This document shows positions 18,601-28,596 of a stretch of DNA of 64,000 nucleotides, piece by piece (position 1 is the first letter of the stretch; each line of letters opens with the position of its first letter). A program made the translations under genes and the position numbers. Where the stretch lies: contig CAXXVS010000002.1 of assembly GCA_963674755.2 (NCBI GenBank), positions 1-64,000 on the forward strand. Direction: 5' to 3'. Source of the stretch: Desulfobacterales bacterium. Lineage in GTDB: Bacteria > Desulfobacterota > Desulfobacteria > Desulfobacterales > UBA5852. The notes below the pieces were generated by a model that was not told the DNA's origin, searched no databases, and was given only the letters and a program-made list of their open reading frames with translations.

Positions 18601-19137
18601 CATATCGCCGCCGTGGGGTATGACATGTTTCTCCAACTCATGGAGGAGACCATGTCCGAGCTCAAGGGCGAAGTCGTCGTCCAGCCGCTGGATCCGGAGA
18701 TCAACGTTCCCTTTTCCGCCTATATCCCGGAAACCTGCATCCCGGATCTCGATCAGCGGCTGATCGTCTATCGACGACTGGCTAAAATCGAGGAGCCCGC
18801 CGACATCCCCGAAATGAAAGCGGAGCTGGAGGATCGCTTCGGCGCGTTGCCGGCCGTGGCGCGCAACCTGTTGACGAAAATCCTGTTGAAGACCCTGGCT
18901 CTGAAAGCCGGGGTACAGCGTCTCGATCTTGGCAGCGGCCGGATGACCCTGACCTTTTCCGAACGACACCAGACGAACCCGGCCGGACTCGTGGCCATGA
19001 TTCAGGAGGCGCCGCGCCGTTTTCAAATGACGCCGGATCATACCCTGAGCGTGCAAGTGGCTAAAAACGGGGCCGGGGGTTCGATTGCCCAGGTTAAAAA
19101 GATCTTGCAGGAAATAGCCCGTCGTGTTAATAAATAG
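15619..19137 (+). CDS. mfd: Transcription-repair coupling factor; start moved downstream of the tRNA (15619 or 15685)
   Basis: UvrB-like N-terminus, VHDEHGIG, GDVGYGKT, DEEQRFG, QLRGRVGR, TRCF domain. Confidence 0.97.
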   Translation: MLQNQEKILNRFLAIPPQAPASMLECQGLKGASAAFFLWHCYRCRPRPMLIIVAEPRQAEALWLDLLFFRQDASIPVLYFPPYNIQPYKVLAYHNETAARRLKVLYTLLDPARAPIVVTTVGAFLKRLIPKDEIGGYAELLMIGEDVDRTDLVEKLVDGGYAHAHIVEEPGDFSVRGGILDIFCPLYDNPLRVEFFGDTIESLRFFSADNQRKLDEVEEAVVLPAREAVLPGERLAAIISRIRLQVDEQQLPKHEARHLIGGIKEDRRFPGIESLMPLIYPQLDTLLDYMTPDALVVDIEPAELEKAALDVLDRAQQHYNVALEDQKLGIDPTRQYLSWQDAETLRTGFRRLCLRHLPIGKPEVSEGRLPPLTFEVQDIDLPARSIGTVGAGDHSATFQALADWLLEQMQQRLAVYLICRNANQMERVAGLLEPYGIDFERTSGIADREDPHPNVLLLEGQLSEGFRWPSAGVVMLTDVDIFGARRSRTGKRSARSEKPFLSFGDLHQGDLVVHDEHGIGQYDGLTKLRLNRTENDFLTIIYRGGDRLYLPVDRMGLIQKYMGVEGVTPVLDKMGGKSWEKVKARVRRSAERIAGELLKLYAARKVRSGFAFQTVDEYMAEFEGGFPYEETPDQIKAIEDIRRDMASPEPMDRLICGDVGYGKTEVALRAAFMAVFNGKQVAVLVPTTVLAEQHYDTFRHRFKHFGVKIDRLSRFRTRAEQKAVMAALATGSVDIVVGTHRLLQKDVLFKDLGLFIIDEEQRFGVRHKEKLKKLRRTVDVMTLTATPIPRTLHLSLSGIRDISIISTPPEFRRSIITYISEYDDGLVKEAVRREMDRGGQVYFVHNHVASIRRMAENIAALVPEARTGVAHGQMSEEELEEVMMAFHRRELDLLVTTTIIESGLDIPSANTILVNRADRFGLAQMYQLRGRVGRSEEQAYAFLFIPKESQLTTQARKRLKVLMEHSDLGSGFQIAMNDLKIRGGGTILGASQSGHIAAVGYDMFLQLMEETMSELKGEVVVQPLDPEINVPFSAYIPETCIPDLDQRLIVYRRLAKIEEPADIPEMKAELEDRFGALPAVARNLLTKILLKTLALKAGVQRLDLGSGRMTLTFSERHQTNPAGLVAMIQEAPRRFQMTPDHTLSVQVAKNGAGGSIAQVKKILQEIARRVNK

Positions 19138-19223
19138 ATGTTTATCTATTTAGAATATTTAGTAATAATGAGAATTCGCGTTGCTTCCGAATGGTAAGCG
19201 GCGCGCAATTTTTTTAGGATGCC

Positions 19224-19949
19224 ATGCGACATTACCTGATAACCGCCCTGATTGCCCTGGCCCTGATCGGCAACGGAGGGTGCCAGCGCCCGCCGGCCGT
19301 CGATGACACGACCGTCCTTATGACCGTCGGTACGCGGGAGATCCACCAGGATGAATTCCAGCGCGCCTACCGCGTTTTCCGGGCCGCCTACGAGGCTGAA
19401 GCCGAAGAAGATCCCGCGGATCAGCAGGCCGCCATCATTCGGTTCATCCATCAATTGGCTGACGAAACGATGCTCATGGCCTATGCCCAGGACGTAGGGG
19501 TGGCCATTTCCGATGAAGATCTGGACCGGGCGGTGGAGGAGATCCGCCAGGATTACCCGGAAGGCCTCTTTGACCAGATGCTGCTGGAGACCGCCATCAA
19601 TTTTGCCGATTGGGAAGCGGCCCTGCGACGACGTCTGACCATCGAACGTCTGGTGCAGCAGGAATTAGCCGCCAAGGTCAGGATCAGCGAGGCGGATATT
19701 GCCGCCTATTATCGTGAACATGCGGCCGAGCGCCCCCTCGCGTCCTCCCAGGAGGAAGAGGCCACGGCCGCCCAGGTCGACCAGATGATTATCCAGCGAC
19801 TCCGCCGTCAAAAGACCGAAGAGGCTTACGGCCCCTGGATCGAACACATCCGGGCCAAGTATCCCGTGACGATCGATCAAGCGGTTGTCAGGCACATCCT
19901 GGCCGACAACGGCGTCGGGGTGGCGGATGGCGACCAGGAAGCGCATTGA
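19224..19949 (+). CDS. SurA N-terminal-domain chaperone, probable lipoprotein
   Basis: Hydrophobic signal with GGC; SurA/PrsA-like helical pattern; lies between mfd and the SurA PPIase. Confidence 0.75.
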   Translation: MRHYLITALIALALIGNGGCQRPPAVDDTTVLMTVGTREIHQDEFQRAYRVFRAAYEAEAEEDPADQQAAIIRFIHQLADETMLMAYAQDVGVAISDEDLDRAVEEIRQDYPEGLFDQMLLETAINFADWEAALRRRLTIERLVQQELAAKVRISEADIAAYYREHAAERPLASSQEEEATAAQVDQMIIQRLRRQKTEEAYGPWIEHIRAKYPVTIDQAVVRHILADNGVGVADGDQEAH

Positions 19950-19989
19950 GTACGGGAAGGCCCCCTCAACAACAGGAGTAGAACGTCGA

Positions 19990-21063
19990 ATGTTCTTTAG
20001 GAATCTTGATAGGAGCAACCGCCGCTTGTCATTGGGATGTGGTAGGGTGTGGCCATCTTTCCGCAGACCTGGCACCGGGTTGCGGTGTATCGCCGTATTG
20101 TTGGGCGGGATCTGCCTGTCGCTTTCGGCGGCCGCAACGGTCGTGCAGGCCGAGGAAGGCGTGCTGGTGGATCGCATCGTGGCAGAGGTCAATAACGACA
20201 TTATCACCCTTTATGACCTGAACCGCAAAGTCGCACCGTATATCAAACGAGTCAAGGCCATGGCGCGGCCGTTGGAGGAAGAGCGGCGCATGGTCTATGA
20301 AGTGCGGGAAAAGGCGCTCGATCAGATGATCGATGAAATGCTGACGGATCAGGAAATCGAGCGCTACAACATCACGGTCAGCGAAGAGGCGATCGACAAC
20401 ACGATTGAAGAGATGAAGAAGCGCAACTACATGACCGATCAGCAGCTGCGCGATCGCCTGGAGAAAGAGGGCCTTACGATGGATGAATACCGGGCCCAGA
20501 TGAAAAACCAGATTCTGCGGATGCGGCTCATCAGCCGGGAGGTCAAATCCAAGATCGTTATTACCGACGAAGATATCCGCGCTTATTACGAAAAGAACCG
20601 CGACCGCTATGCGGGCGAGGGGAGTGTGCATCTGCGCCAGATTCTCTTGAACGTCCCCACATCGGCGGGTGATGAAGAAAAAAAGCTTATTCGGGAAAAG
20701 CTGTCCGCCATCCGCCAGCAAGTGATCGACGGAGCCTCGTTTGAAGCATTGGCCCGCCAATATTCGGAGTCGCCACTGGCCAAGGACGGGGGCGATCTGG
20801 GAACGTTCAAGATGGGTGACCTGGCGCCTTACATCCTCAGTGCCCTGTCGGATTTGAAAGCCGGCCAGGTGACCGAAATCGTAGCAAATGACCGCGGGAT
20901 GCAGCTTTTCTTCATCGAAACGATGGACGCCGGCCAAAGCAAATCGCTGGAAGAGGTTTCGACGGAAATCGAAAATATTCTTTATGATGAAATCGTTAAC
21001 CAGAAGTTCATGAGCTGGCTCAAGGAACTGCGCGAGCGATCGCACATCAAGATCATTCGTTGA
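19990..21063 (+). CDS. surA: SurA-type peptidyl-prolyl isomerase (start uncertain)
   Basis: VDRIVAEVNNDIIT, VHLRQIL, FEALARQYSE, GGDLG parvulin motifs. Confidence 0.88.
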   Translation: MFFRNLDRSNRRLSLGCGRVWPSFRRPGTGLRCIAVLLGGICLSLSAAATVVQAEEGVLVDRIVAEVNNDIITLYDLNRKVAPYIKRVKAMARPLEEERRMVYEVREKALDQMIDEMLTDQEIERYNITVSEEAIDNTIEEMKKRNYMTDQQLRDRLEKEGLTMDEYRAQMKNQILRMRLISREVKSKIVITDEDIRAYYEKNRDRYAGEGSVHLRQILLNVPTSAGDEEKKLIREKLSAIRQQVIDGASFEALARQYSESPLAKDGGDLGTFKMGDLAPYILSALSDLKAGQVTEIVANDRGMQLFFIETMDAGQSKSLEEVSTEIENILYDEIVNQKFMSWLKELRERSHIKIIR

Positions 21064-21086
21064 TGGCACAGAAACGGGAGGGTCCC

Positions 21087-21857
21087 ATGACCAAAACCGA
21101 CAAGATGTCATCCTATGGATTGTACCTGCAGTCGCTGCGGGTCGAAAAGGGCATCTCCATCGAACAGGTTGCGGCGGAGACCCGGATACGGGCCGAGATC
21201 CTGCGATCGATCGAGGCCGAAGACTACGAGAACCTTCCCGATGATGTGTTTGTCAAGGGATTCCTGCAGTCGTTTGCCAAGGTGATCGGTGCCGACCCGG
21301 ATGAAGTGTTGCGGCGTTTCGATGTGCGCCGCAAGGCCCAGGTGCCGGCCCAGGTTCTGGCCGGCATCGCGTCGCCGTCCCGGCAGGGGCATTTCTGGCT
21401 GACCCTGCTGTGGGTAGCGGCCTTGATGGCGGCGCTCGTGGGGGGGACGTTCCTGGCCTATCAGCTGCTCTATCACCCGGAGGGGGCGGAGGTGGCGCCA
21501 CCCCCGCCACCGGTGGCCGGTGAAGCCGAAACCGGTGGACCCGATACCGAGCCGGCGGTCTTGCCACCGGAGACACCCGCCCAGGATGTTGCCCCGCAAA
21601 ACGATGCCGCCGGAACACAACCGACCCGCTATCGTCTGGAAGTCGTTTGCGACGAAGATACCTGGCTGAAGATCATCGTGGACGACGCGCCGGCCGAAGA
21701 ATATTTTTTAAAACCCGGCGATACGCTGCAGTTGACGGCCAACAGCACCTACAACCTGCTCATCGGCAATGCCGGCGGCGTCTCCGTGCAACTGAACGGC
21801 CAGCCCGTTGCCGTGCCGGGCAAAAGCGGCGAGGTGGTCAACTTGCAGCTCCCCTGA
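21087..21857 (+). CDS. rodZ: RodZ-like cytoskeleton protein (HTH, TM, DUF4115)
   Basis: GLYLQSLR...ETRIR...LPDDVFVKGFL HTH; one TM; IGNAGGVSVQLNG. Confidence 0.85.
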   Translation: MTKTDKMSSYGLYLQSLRVEKGISIEQVAAETRIRAEILRSIEAEDYENLPDDVFVKGFLQSFAKVIGADPDEVLRRFDVRRKAQVPAQVLAGIASPSRQGHFWLTLLWVAALMAALVGGTFLAYQLLYHPEGAEVAPPPPPVAGEAETGGPDTEPAVLPPETPAQDVAPQNDAAGTQPTRYRLEVVCDEDTWLKIIVDDAPAEEYFLKPGDTLQLTANSTYNLLIGNAGGVSVQLNGQPVAVPGKSGEVVNLQLP

Positions 21858-21983
21858 GAGGGGGCGCGGACGACCGCACACGCCCCTTCCGGTATAGCGG
21901 GCTCCGGCGGCATGGAACCTGAAGCGGCGCCTGTAGTGCATGACATAGACGGAAGCGCACTATTTTCCCTGCACCTGAAACGC

Positions 21984-23336
21984 ATGCTAAATAAAAACAA
22001 TCGCATTCTTGTGGACAGCATCAAGCGCCTCCTGCGGCGGGGGGCCACAACGAATCTGCGCAAAATCGTCAACAAGACCCATGCCGCCGACCTCTCGATT
22101 GTCTTTCGTTACCTGCCCGTGATCCAGCAATTGCAGCTGTTGGACATGATCGAGGATACGGAGAAGAAAGGCATCCTTTTCAGCGAACTGGACGAGGCCA
22201 CCTTTGTCGCTTTGTCCAATGAGCTCGAGCTGGAAGACATGGTGGAGGTGCTGGAGCAGATGCCTTCGGACGATGTCGCCGACCTGATCGGCCGGCTGCC
22301 GGATGAAAAATCGGATGCCATCCTGGAAAAGATGCAGAAGGAGGGTTCCGAGGAGATCGAAGGGCTGCTCAAATACGACGACGATACCGCCGGCGGTATC
22401 ATGGTAACGGATTTCATTGCCCTGCCCCAGGATCTGACGGTCCGTAAGGCCATTGAAAAGATCCAGACCGAATATCATGATGTGGAGATGCCCTTTTACC
22501 TCTACGTGGTGGACGAATACGGCAAGCTGGTCGGGGTCAGCTCCCTGCGTCAACTGGTGGTGGTGGTGCCGGAAACCCCCCTCAAGCAGTTCATGACCAC
22601 GGATGTATTTGCCGTGGGAACCGATGTGGACCAGGAAGAAGTCGCCAAGCTTGTGGAGCGTTATGACATTTTGGCCGTTCCCGTGGTGGATGAAACCCGC
22701 CGTCTGGTGGGAATTGTCACGGTGGACGACGTCATCGATATCTTTCGCCAGGAAGCCACCGAAGACATGTTGAAAATGGCCGGTGTCGGCGAGGAGTACG
22801 TGGAGACCCAGACCATTTTGCGCAGCACGAAAACGCGTCTGCCGTGGCTTTTGGCCAGCTGCGGCGGCGGGATCATGGCGCTTTTCATCATTGGCCGGTT
22901 TGAAGGCGCCCTCGATCGCTTCGCCTACCTGGCGGCGTTCATTCCGGTGATCATGGGGATGGGGGGCAACATCGGCACCCAGTCCTCCACCATCGTGGTG
23001 CGGGGGCTGGCCACGGGGCGTATCAATGTGCGGGATTTCTGGCACGTGGTTTCCAAAGAGTTCCTGATCGGTCTGGCCCTGGGCGTGTTCTACGCTATCC
23101 TGATCGCCTCCGTGGCCCATTTTCAGTACAGCGTTGAAATGCTGGCCCTGACCGTCGGGCTGGCCGTCGTGATTTCGATGACCATGTCGGCCCTGGTGGG
23201 GTCGGGCGTTCCGCTGCTGCTGGCCCGCATCAATGTGGATCCCGCCGTGGCCACCGGTCCGTTTGTCACGACCTCCATTGATATTATCAGCGTGTACTGC
23301 TATTTCACCTTGGCAACATCCTTTCTGGGTATTTGA
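21984..23336 (+). CDS. mgtE: Magnesium transporter MgtE (start could be 21912)
   Basis: CBS pair, GIVTVDD, MGGNIGTQS, DPAVATGPFVTT. Confidence 0.96.
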   Translation: MLNKNNRILVDSIKRLLRRGATTNLRKIVNKTHAADLSIVFRYLPVIQQLQLLDMIEDTEKKGILFSELDEATFVALSNELELEDMVEVLEQMPSDDVADLIGRLPDEKSDAILEKMQKEGSEEIEGLLKYDDDTAGGIMVTDFIALPQDLTVRKAIEKIQTEYHDVEMPFYLYVVDEYGKLVGVSSLRQLVVVVPETPLKQFMTTDVFAVGTDVDQEEVAKLVERYDILAVPVVDETRRLVGIVTVDDVIDIFRQEATEDMLKMAGVGEEYVETQTILRSTKTRLPWLLASCGGGIMALFIIGRFEGALDRFAYLAAFIPVIMGMGGNIGTQSSTIVVRGLATGRINVRDFWHVVSKEFLIGLALGVFYAILIASVAHFQYSVEMLALTVGLAVVISMTMSALVGSGVPLLLARINVDPAVATGPFVTTSIDIISVYCYFTLATSFLGI

Positions 23337-23339
23337 GGT

Positions 23340-24143
23340 ATGGCGATTATAGCGACACCGGCCGTTTTGCTGCGCCGCGTCGATTACGGTGATTTCGACG
23401 TGATCCTGACCCTTTTTACGGAAGCGGCCGGGAAGATTTCCGTGATCGCCAAGCACGCCAAAAAAAGCAAGAAGCGTTTCGCCGGTATCCTGGAGCTTTT
23501 TACGGTCCTGAAGGTTACCTGCCAGACCGGCCGGCGGGCGGGGTTGCTCATATTGCAGGAAGCCCATCTGGAGGAGCCCTTTACCGCGATTCGCGAAAGC
23601 ATGCTCAATACCGCCTATGCCAGTTATTGGGCGGAAATCGTCACGGTCTGGGCCGAGGAGGCGCAGCAACTGGAGCAGCTCTATCAGCTGCTGGTGCTCG
23701 CCCTGGACGGACTGGACCGGCGGCGGATGGATCCGGCATTGCTCAATCTGATGTTCCAGATGCGTTTCCTGGATATTGCCGGGCTATGCCCCAACCTGCA
23801 CTATTGCTGTGTCTGCAAAAAGGCGTTGGACACCCTCCCGCACCATGTGGCGGGGATCGACGTACCCCGGGGAGGCGTGCGGTGTCATGGTTGCGATGAA
23901 GGGGGCGAGGACCATGTCTGCCTGTCCCGCGGTACCATCAAGCAGTTGCAGTGGCTGGGCCAGGGAGATGTGAAGCGCGTGGAGCGGCTGCGCTTTTCAC
24001 CCCAGGGTTTGCAGGAGGCCCAACAGTTTTTGGAAGCATTTATCCCGTTTCATCTGGGGAAGGAACCCCGCAGCCTGAATTTCCTGCGCCAGATACGCCC
24101 GGCCGCGGATGCGGACAGGCGACAGACCGTGAATGCGCGTTGA
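23340..24143 (+). CDS. recO: DNA repair protein RecO
   Basis: AVLLRRVDYGDFD, KSKKRF, Cys4 zinc finger. Confidence 0.93.
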   Translation: MAIIATPAVLLRRVDYGDFDVILTLFTEAAGKISVIAKHAKKSKKRFAGILELFTVLKVTCQTGRRAGLLILQEAHLEEPFTAIRESMLNTAYASYWAEIVTVWAEEAQQLEQLYQLLVLALDGLDRRRMDPALLNLMFQMRFLDIAGLCPNLHYCCVCKKALDTLPHHVAGIDVPRGGVRCHGCDEGGEDHVCLSRGTIKQLQWLGQGDVKRVERLRFSPQGLQEAQQFLEAFIPFHLGKEPRSLNFLRQIRPAADADRRQTVNAR

Positions 24144-24154
24144 GGGACGAAGCG

Positions 24155-25237
24155 ATGGGGCATTGGATCGAAGACATCATAGGCAACCGCACGATAAGCG
24201 CCTCGGCGCCCTGCCGGGTGGACATGGGCGGAACCCTGGATTTGGCCACCTTTTACTACCCGCTGCAGGCGAGCGGCCCCTGCACCTTCAATATGGCTTT
24301 GAATCTGCGCACCCGGGTGCGCCTGCAGCCCTACCGTTCCGGTTGGATCAAGGTCAGCTCCCGGGGGTTTGAGAGTGCTGCCTTCCCCCTGACGGAGGCC
24401 CCTTTCGCCCATCCGCTGGGGCTGATGTTCGCGCTGGCGGTCCATTTCGATGCCGCCGGGGTGCATATCGAGGTCGACAGCGCCTCCCCGCCGCGCAGTG
24501 CCCTGGGCGGGTCTTCCGTGGCCGCCGTGGCCCTCGTGGGGGCCCTGGCCCGCAGCCGCTCCCTGGCCGGCGGCCAGGCGCTGAGCCGCGATCAAATCGT
24601 GCGGCGCGCCCACCAGATCGAGGAGACCGTGGCCGGGGTGCCCTGCGGTATCCAGGATCAGCTGGCCGCGGCGCACGGGGGGATGAATACCTGGTTTTGG
24701 AATGTTGATGCGGACGGGCCGGCGGTGCGACGTGCGGCCATGAGACCTCCCATGGCGGCGGAAGACTTCCGGCGCCACTTTCTCGTGGCCTATTGCGGCC
24801 TTCCACATGCCTCCCGGGACATCAACGGCACCTGGGTGCGGCAGTTCCTGTCCGGCGCGATACGTCAGGAGTGGGTTCGCATCGCGGACTGCGTGCGCTG
24901 TTTCAGCGCGGCCCTGGATGGCGGCCAGTGGACGGCGGCCGCCCGGGCCATGAACGAGGAGACCGCTATCCGGCGCGCCATGACACCGGAGGTCCTGGAT
25001 GACGTCGGTGAAGAACTGGTGGACGCAGCCATTGCCCGGGGGTGCGGCGGCCGTTTCACAGGGGCGGGCGGCGGGGGCTGCCTCTGGGCTGTGGGGGCGT
25101 CGGAGGCCATCGAAACGCTGCGTGGAGATTGGCGCACGATTCTGGCAAAGCGCGACGGTGCAGAATTATTGGAGGCGGAACTCGACACGGAGGGTCTGAT
25201 CGTTGAGACCGGCCCACAAAGCGTAACTGACGCATAA
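24155..25237 (+). CDS. GHMP-family sugar kinase (HddA/galactokinase-like)
   Basis: APCRVDMGGTLD, PPRSALGGSS, GIQDQ, TGAGGGG. Confidence 0.85.
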   Translation: MGHWIEDIIGNRTISASAPCRVDMGGTLDLATFYYPLQASGPCTFNMALNLRTRVRLQPYRSGWIKVSSRGFESAAFPLTEAPFAHPLGLMFALAVHFDAAGVHIEVDSASPPRSALGGSSVAAVALVGALARSRSLAGGQALSRDQIVRRAHQIEETVAGVPCGIQDQLAAAHGGMNTWFWNVDADGPAVRRAAMRPPMAAEDFRRHFLVAYCGLPHASRDINGTWVRQFLSGAIRQEWVRIADCVRCFSAALDGGQWTAAARAMNEETAIRRAMTPEVLDDVGEELVDAAIARGCGGRFTGAGGGGCLWAVGASEAIETLRGDWRTILAKRDGAELLEAELDTEGLIVETGPQSVTDA

Positions 25238-25341
25238 ATCAATTTGTGGGCGATCGGCACCGGGGAGACAGACCCACCCGGCGGTTAAAGAGTGTCCGTG
25301 CCTAAGAAGAATCACTTAGAGGCAAGTGCCGAGGAGTTTTT

Positions 25342-26226
25342 ATGCATTTTCAAGACGTCATTTTAAAGCTGCAGCAATTCTGGGCCGGCAAGGGGTGTGT
25401 GCTGGCGCAACCCTACGACATGGAAGTGGGGGCGGGGACCTTTCATCCCACGACCCTTTTGCGGGCCCTTGGCCCGGAGCCCTGGAATGTGGCCTATGTC
25501 CAGCCCTCGCGCCGCCCCACGGACGGCCGTTACGGCGACAACCCCAACCGCCTCCAGCATTATTATCAGTTCCAGGTCATTTTGAAGCCTTCGCCCTACA
25601 ATGTCCAGCAGCTCTACCTGCAAAGCATGAAAGGCTTGGGTATCGATCCCCTGGAGCACGATATCCGCTTCGTGGAGGACGACTGGGAGTCGCCTACCCT
25701 GGGGGCGGCCGGCCTGGGCTGGGAAGTCTGGCTGGACGGCATGGAGATCACCCAGTTCACCTATTTTCAGCTTTGCGGCAGTATCGAGCTTGCGCCCATA
25801 TCGGTGGAGCTGACCTACGGTCTCGAACGGATCGCCATGTATCTGCAGCGCGTCGACAATGTCTACGATCTGATGTGGAACGACACCGTCAAGTACGGCG
25901 ACGTCCATCACCAGCAGGAAGTCGAGCAGTCCACCTACAATTTCGAAAAAGCCGACGTGGACATGCTCTTCGGGTTTTTCAACCGTTACGAAGCCGAATC
26001 CCAGCGGGTGATCGCCGACGGCCTGGTCCTGCCCGCCTATGAATATTGCCTGAAATGCTCCCATACCTTCAATCTCCTCGATGCCCGCGGGGCCATCAGC
26101 GTCACGGAAAGGACCGGCTATATCGGTCGCATCCGCAATTTGGCCCGTCTGTGCGCCGAGGCCTACGTGAAGCAGCGCGAAGCCATGGGATATCCGCTTT
26201 TGGAACGGGGTATCCCCGCTCTTTAG
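25342..26226 (+). CDS. glyQ: Glycyl-tRNA synthetase alpha subunit
   Basis: [27 protein letters not shown]. Confidence 0.99.
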   Translation: MHFQDVILKLQQFWAGKGCVLAQPYDMEVGAGTFHPTTLLRALGPEPWNVAYVQPSRRPTDGRYGDNPNRLQHYYQFQVILKPSPYNVQQLYLQSMKGLGIDPLEHDIRFVEDDWESPTLGAAGLGWEVWLDGMEITQFTYFQLCGSIELAPISVELTYGLERIAMYLQRVDNVYDLMWNDTVKYGDVHHQQEVEQSTYNFEKADVDMLFGFFNRYEAESQRVIADGLVLPAYEYCLKCSHTFNLLDARGAISVTERTGYIGRIRNLARLCAEAYVKQREAMGYPLLERGIPAL

Positions 26227-26280
26227 CCCTCCGGCGGCAGGTATCAACGACTCCTGGGAACCATCAACGAGGTGAAGCAT

Positions 26281-28371
26281 ATGGAAAAACTGCTCTTGGA
26301 AATCGGGGCTGAAGAAATCCCGGCCGGCTATATCACACCGGCCCTTGAGGCCCTGCAAACCCTTTTGACGAACAAACTGGCAGCCGCCCGCATCGCATAC
26401 GGAACCGTGCGGACCTTCGGAACCCCCCGGCGACTGGCGATCGAGATTGATGCGGTGGCCCCCAAACAACGCTCCGAGGCCACCGAGATCCTGGGCCCTC
26501 CGGCCCGGGTGGGCTTCGATGGGAACGGCAACCCCACCGTGGCCGCCGAAAAATTCGCCGAAAAGGCCGGGGTGCCGGTCAGCCGTCTCAAGCGCAAGCA
26601 AACGGACAAAGGCGACTACCTGGCGGCCCGCAAAACCGAACGCGGCCGTGCCACCCGCACGGTGTTGAAACGTGTGCTGCCCGAGGTCGTCCTTTCGGTA
26701 CCGTTTCCCAAATCCATGCGCTGGGCCGATCAGAGCATTACCTTTGCCCGGCCTATCCACACGATTGTGGCCCTACTGGGGGACAAGACGATTTCTTTTA
26801 CGGTGGGCAACGTCCGCAGCGGCCGCACCAGCACGGGGCACATGTTCATGGCGCCGGGCCGGGTCAGGCTCGCCCGGGCGGCGGACTACCAGGAGGCCTT
26901 GGGGCAGGCCCATGTGATCGCCGACATCGAGGCCCGGCGGGCGCTGGTGGTGGCGGAGGTTGCCCGGGCGGCCCGGGCCGCCGGTGGCCATGTCCTGGAA
27001 GACGACGACCTGGTGGATCTGGTCACCAATCTGGTGGAAAATCCAGTGGCCACCGCCGGACGGTTCGAAACCGATTTTCTGGAGGTACCGCGCGAGGTTT
27101 TGATCACGGCCATGCGGGAGCATCAGAAGTATTTCGCCGTGGTGGACGGAGACGGCAAACTTCTGCCGGCTTTCGTCGCCGTGAACAACACCCGCACACG
27201 CGATCTGGATTTGGTGGCCAGCGGACACGAGCGGGTCTTGCGTGCCCGCCTGAGCGATGCCCAGTTTTTCTACCGGGCGGATTTGCAGGCATCGGCCGAA
27301 GAACGCTTCGCCAAGCTGAGCGGCGTCCTGTTCCAGGCCGAGTTGGGGTCCATGCGCGCCAAGAGTGAACGCATCGTTGGGCTGGGGCGCTATCTGGCCG
27401 AAGCCCTCGACGGGGATGCGGGGCTCACGGCCCAGGTGGAACGGGCCGCCCACTTGTGCAAGACCGATCTGGTCAGTCAGGTGGTGGTCGAATTCCCCAA
27501 ACTGCAGGGCGTCATGGGACGCGTCTATGCCGCGGTGGCCGGCGAGCCCGGCGAGGTGCCGGCCGCCATCGAAGAGCATTATCGGCCTACCCGTTCCGGC
27601 GGGGATTTGCCCACCACCCGGACCGGCGCCATCGTGTCCATCGCCGATAAGATGGATTCCATTTGCGGCTGCTTCAGCGTTGGTCTGGCCCCCACGGGCG
27701 CCGCCGATCCTTACGCGCTGCGGCGGCAGGCCATCGGAGTGGTCCAGATCCTGCGCGATATGAAATTCCCCCTTTCCCTCGGGGAACTCATTCGGTTCGG
27801 CCTGTCCCCGTTCGCCGAGCAGACGGCCGGCCGCCTTGACGAACTGACGGCGGACATCAATGTTTTCTTCACGCGCCGGATCGAAGGCATCTTGGCCGAA
27901 GAGGGGTTTGCCAAGGACAGCATCGCGGCGGTCACGGCGGTGTCGGTGGACCTTATTCCGGACACCTGGCAGCGGGTGCAGGCCCTCGACCGGATCCGAT
28001 CCGACGCGGATTTTGAACCGCTGGCCGTGGCGTTTAAACGGATCGTCAATATCCTGCGCAAGGCCGACGCTGAGATGGGGGGGGAAGCAATGCCGCCCGT
28101 GGATGAGGGGTTGTTTGAAAAACCCTGTGAAGCCGACTTGCTCAAGGCCTACCGCGGGGTGAAAGAGAAGGTGGCCGCCCAGGTGCGGGAAGGGGCTTAC
28201 GGCGATGCCCTGCGGGATATCGCAACCCTCAAAGGTCCGGTGGACACCTTTTTTGAAGGGGTGCTGGTGATGGCCGAAGATGACGCCGTGCGCAGCAACC
28301 GCATGGCCTTGCTGGGACGCCTGGCCGGGTTGTTTGCCCGCATCGCCGATTTCTCGAAGATCACGACTTAG
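26281..28371 (+). CDS. glyS: Glycyl-tRNA synthetase beta subunit
   Basis: LLLEIGAEEIP, TPRRLA, HQKYF, DPYALRR. Confidence 0.98.
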   Translation: MEKLLLEIGAEEIPAGYITPALEALQTLLTNKLAAARIAYGTVRTFGTPRRLAIEIDAVAPKQRSEATEILGPPARVGFDGNGNPTVAAEKFAEKAGVPVSRLKRKQTDKGDYLAARKTERGRATRTVLKRVLPEVVLSVPFPKSMRWADQSITFARPIHTIVALLGDKTISFTVGNVRSGRTSTGHMFMAPGRVRLARAADYQEALGQAHVIADIEARRALVVAEVARAARAAGGHVLEDDDLVDLVTNLVENPVATAGRFETDFLEVPREVLITAMREHQKYFAVVDGDGKLLPAFVAVNNTRTRDLDLVASGHERVLRARLSDAQFFYRADLQASAEERFAKLSGVLFQAELGSMRAKSERIVGLGRYLAEALDGDAGLTAQVERAAHLCKTDLVSQVVVEFPKLQGVMGRVYAAVAGEPGEVPAAIEEHYRPTRSGGDLPTTRTGAIVSIADKMDSICGCFSVGLAPTGAADPYALRRQAIGVVQILRDMKFPLSLGELIRFGLSPFAEQTAGRLDELTADINVFFTRRIEGILAEEGFAKDSIAAVTAVSVDLIPDTWQRVQALDRIRSDADFEPLAVAFKRIVNILRKADAEMGGEAMPPVDEGLFEKPCEADLLKAYRGVKEKVAAQVREGAYGDALRDIATLKGPVDTFFEGVLVMAEDDAVRSNRMALLGRLAGLFARIADFSKITT

Positions 28372-28596
28372 AGGATATCCCAGAGGAACCATCGTCATTA
28401 TTCAACCGAAATCGCCATCGATGATTCCCTGGCCCACCAAGGTGCACGACCTGGGGTATCGTGATAGCGCCGGCCTATACGGCAATCATTGATAAGCCGA
28501 TCATCGATCCCGCTTTCGATTGCGACAACAGGGAAAATACGTTTTTTCATGAACGTCATGCCCTTCATGGTGTCAATGTTTTAATAGGAGAAGATA

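Noticed and set aside
17119..19056. 645-aa antisense ORF, and similar long antisense ORFs over mgtE, glyQS, ligA, smc and wzc
   Set aside because: Typical stop-poor shadow frames of high-GC3 genes, with no recognisable domains.
21858..21983. M-box (Mg2+) riboswitch upstream of mgtE
   Set aside because: Only a small GGGGCG/CGCCCC hairpin; no M-box consensus recognised.
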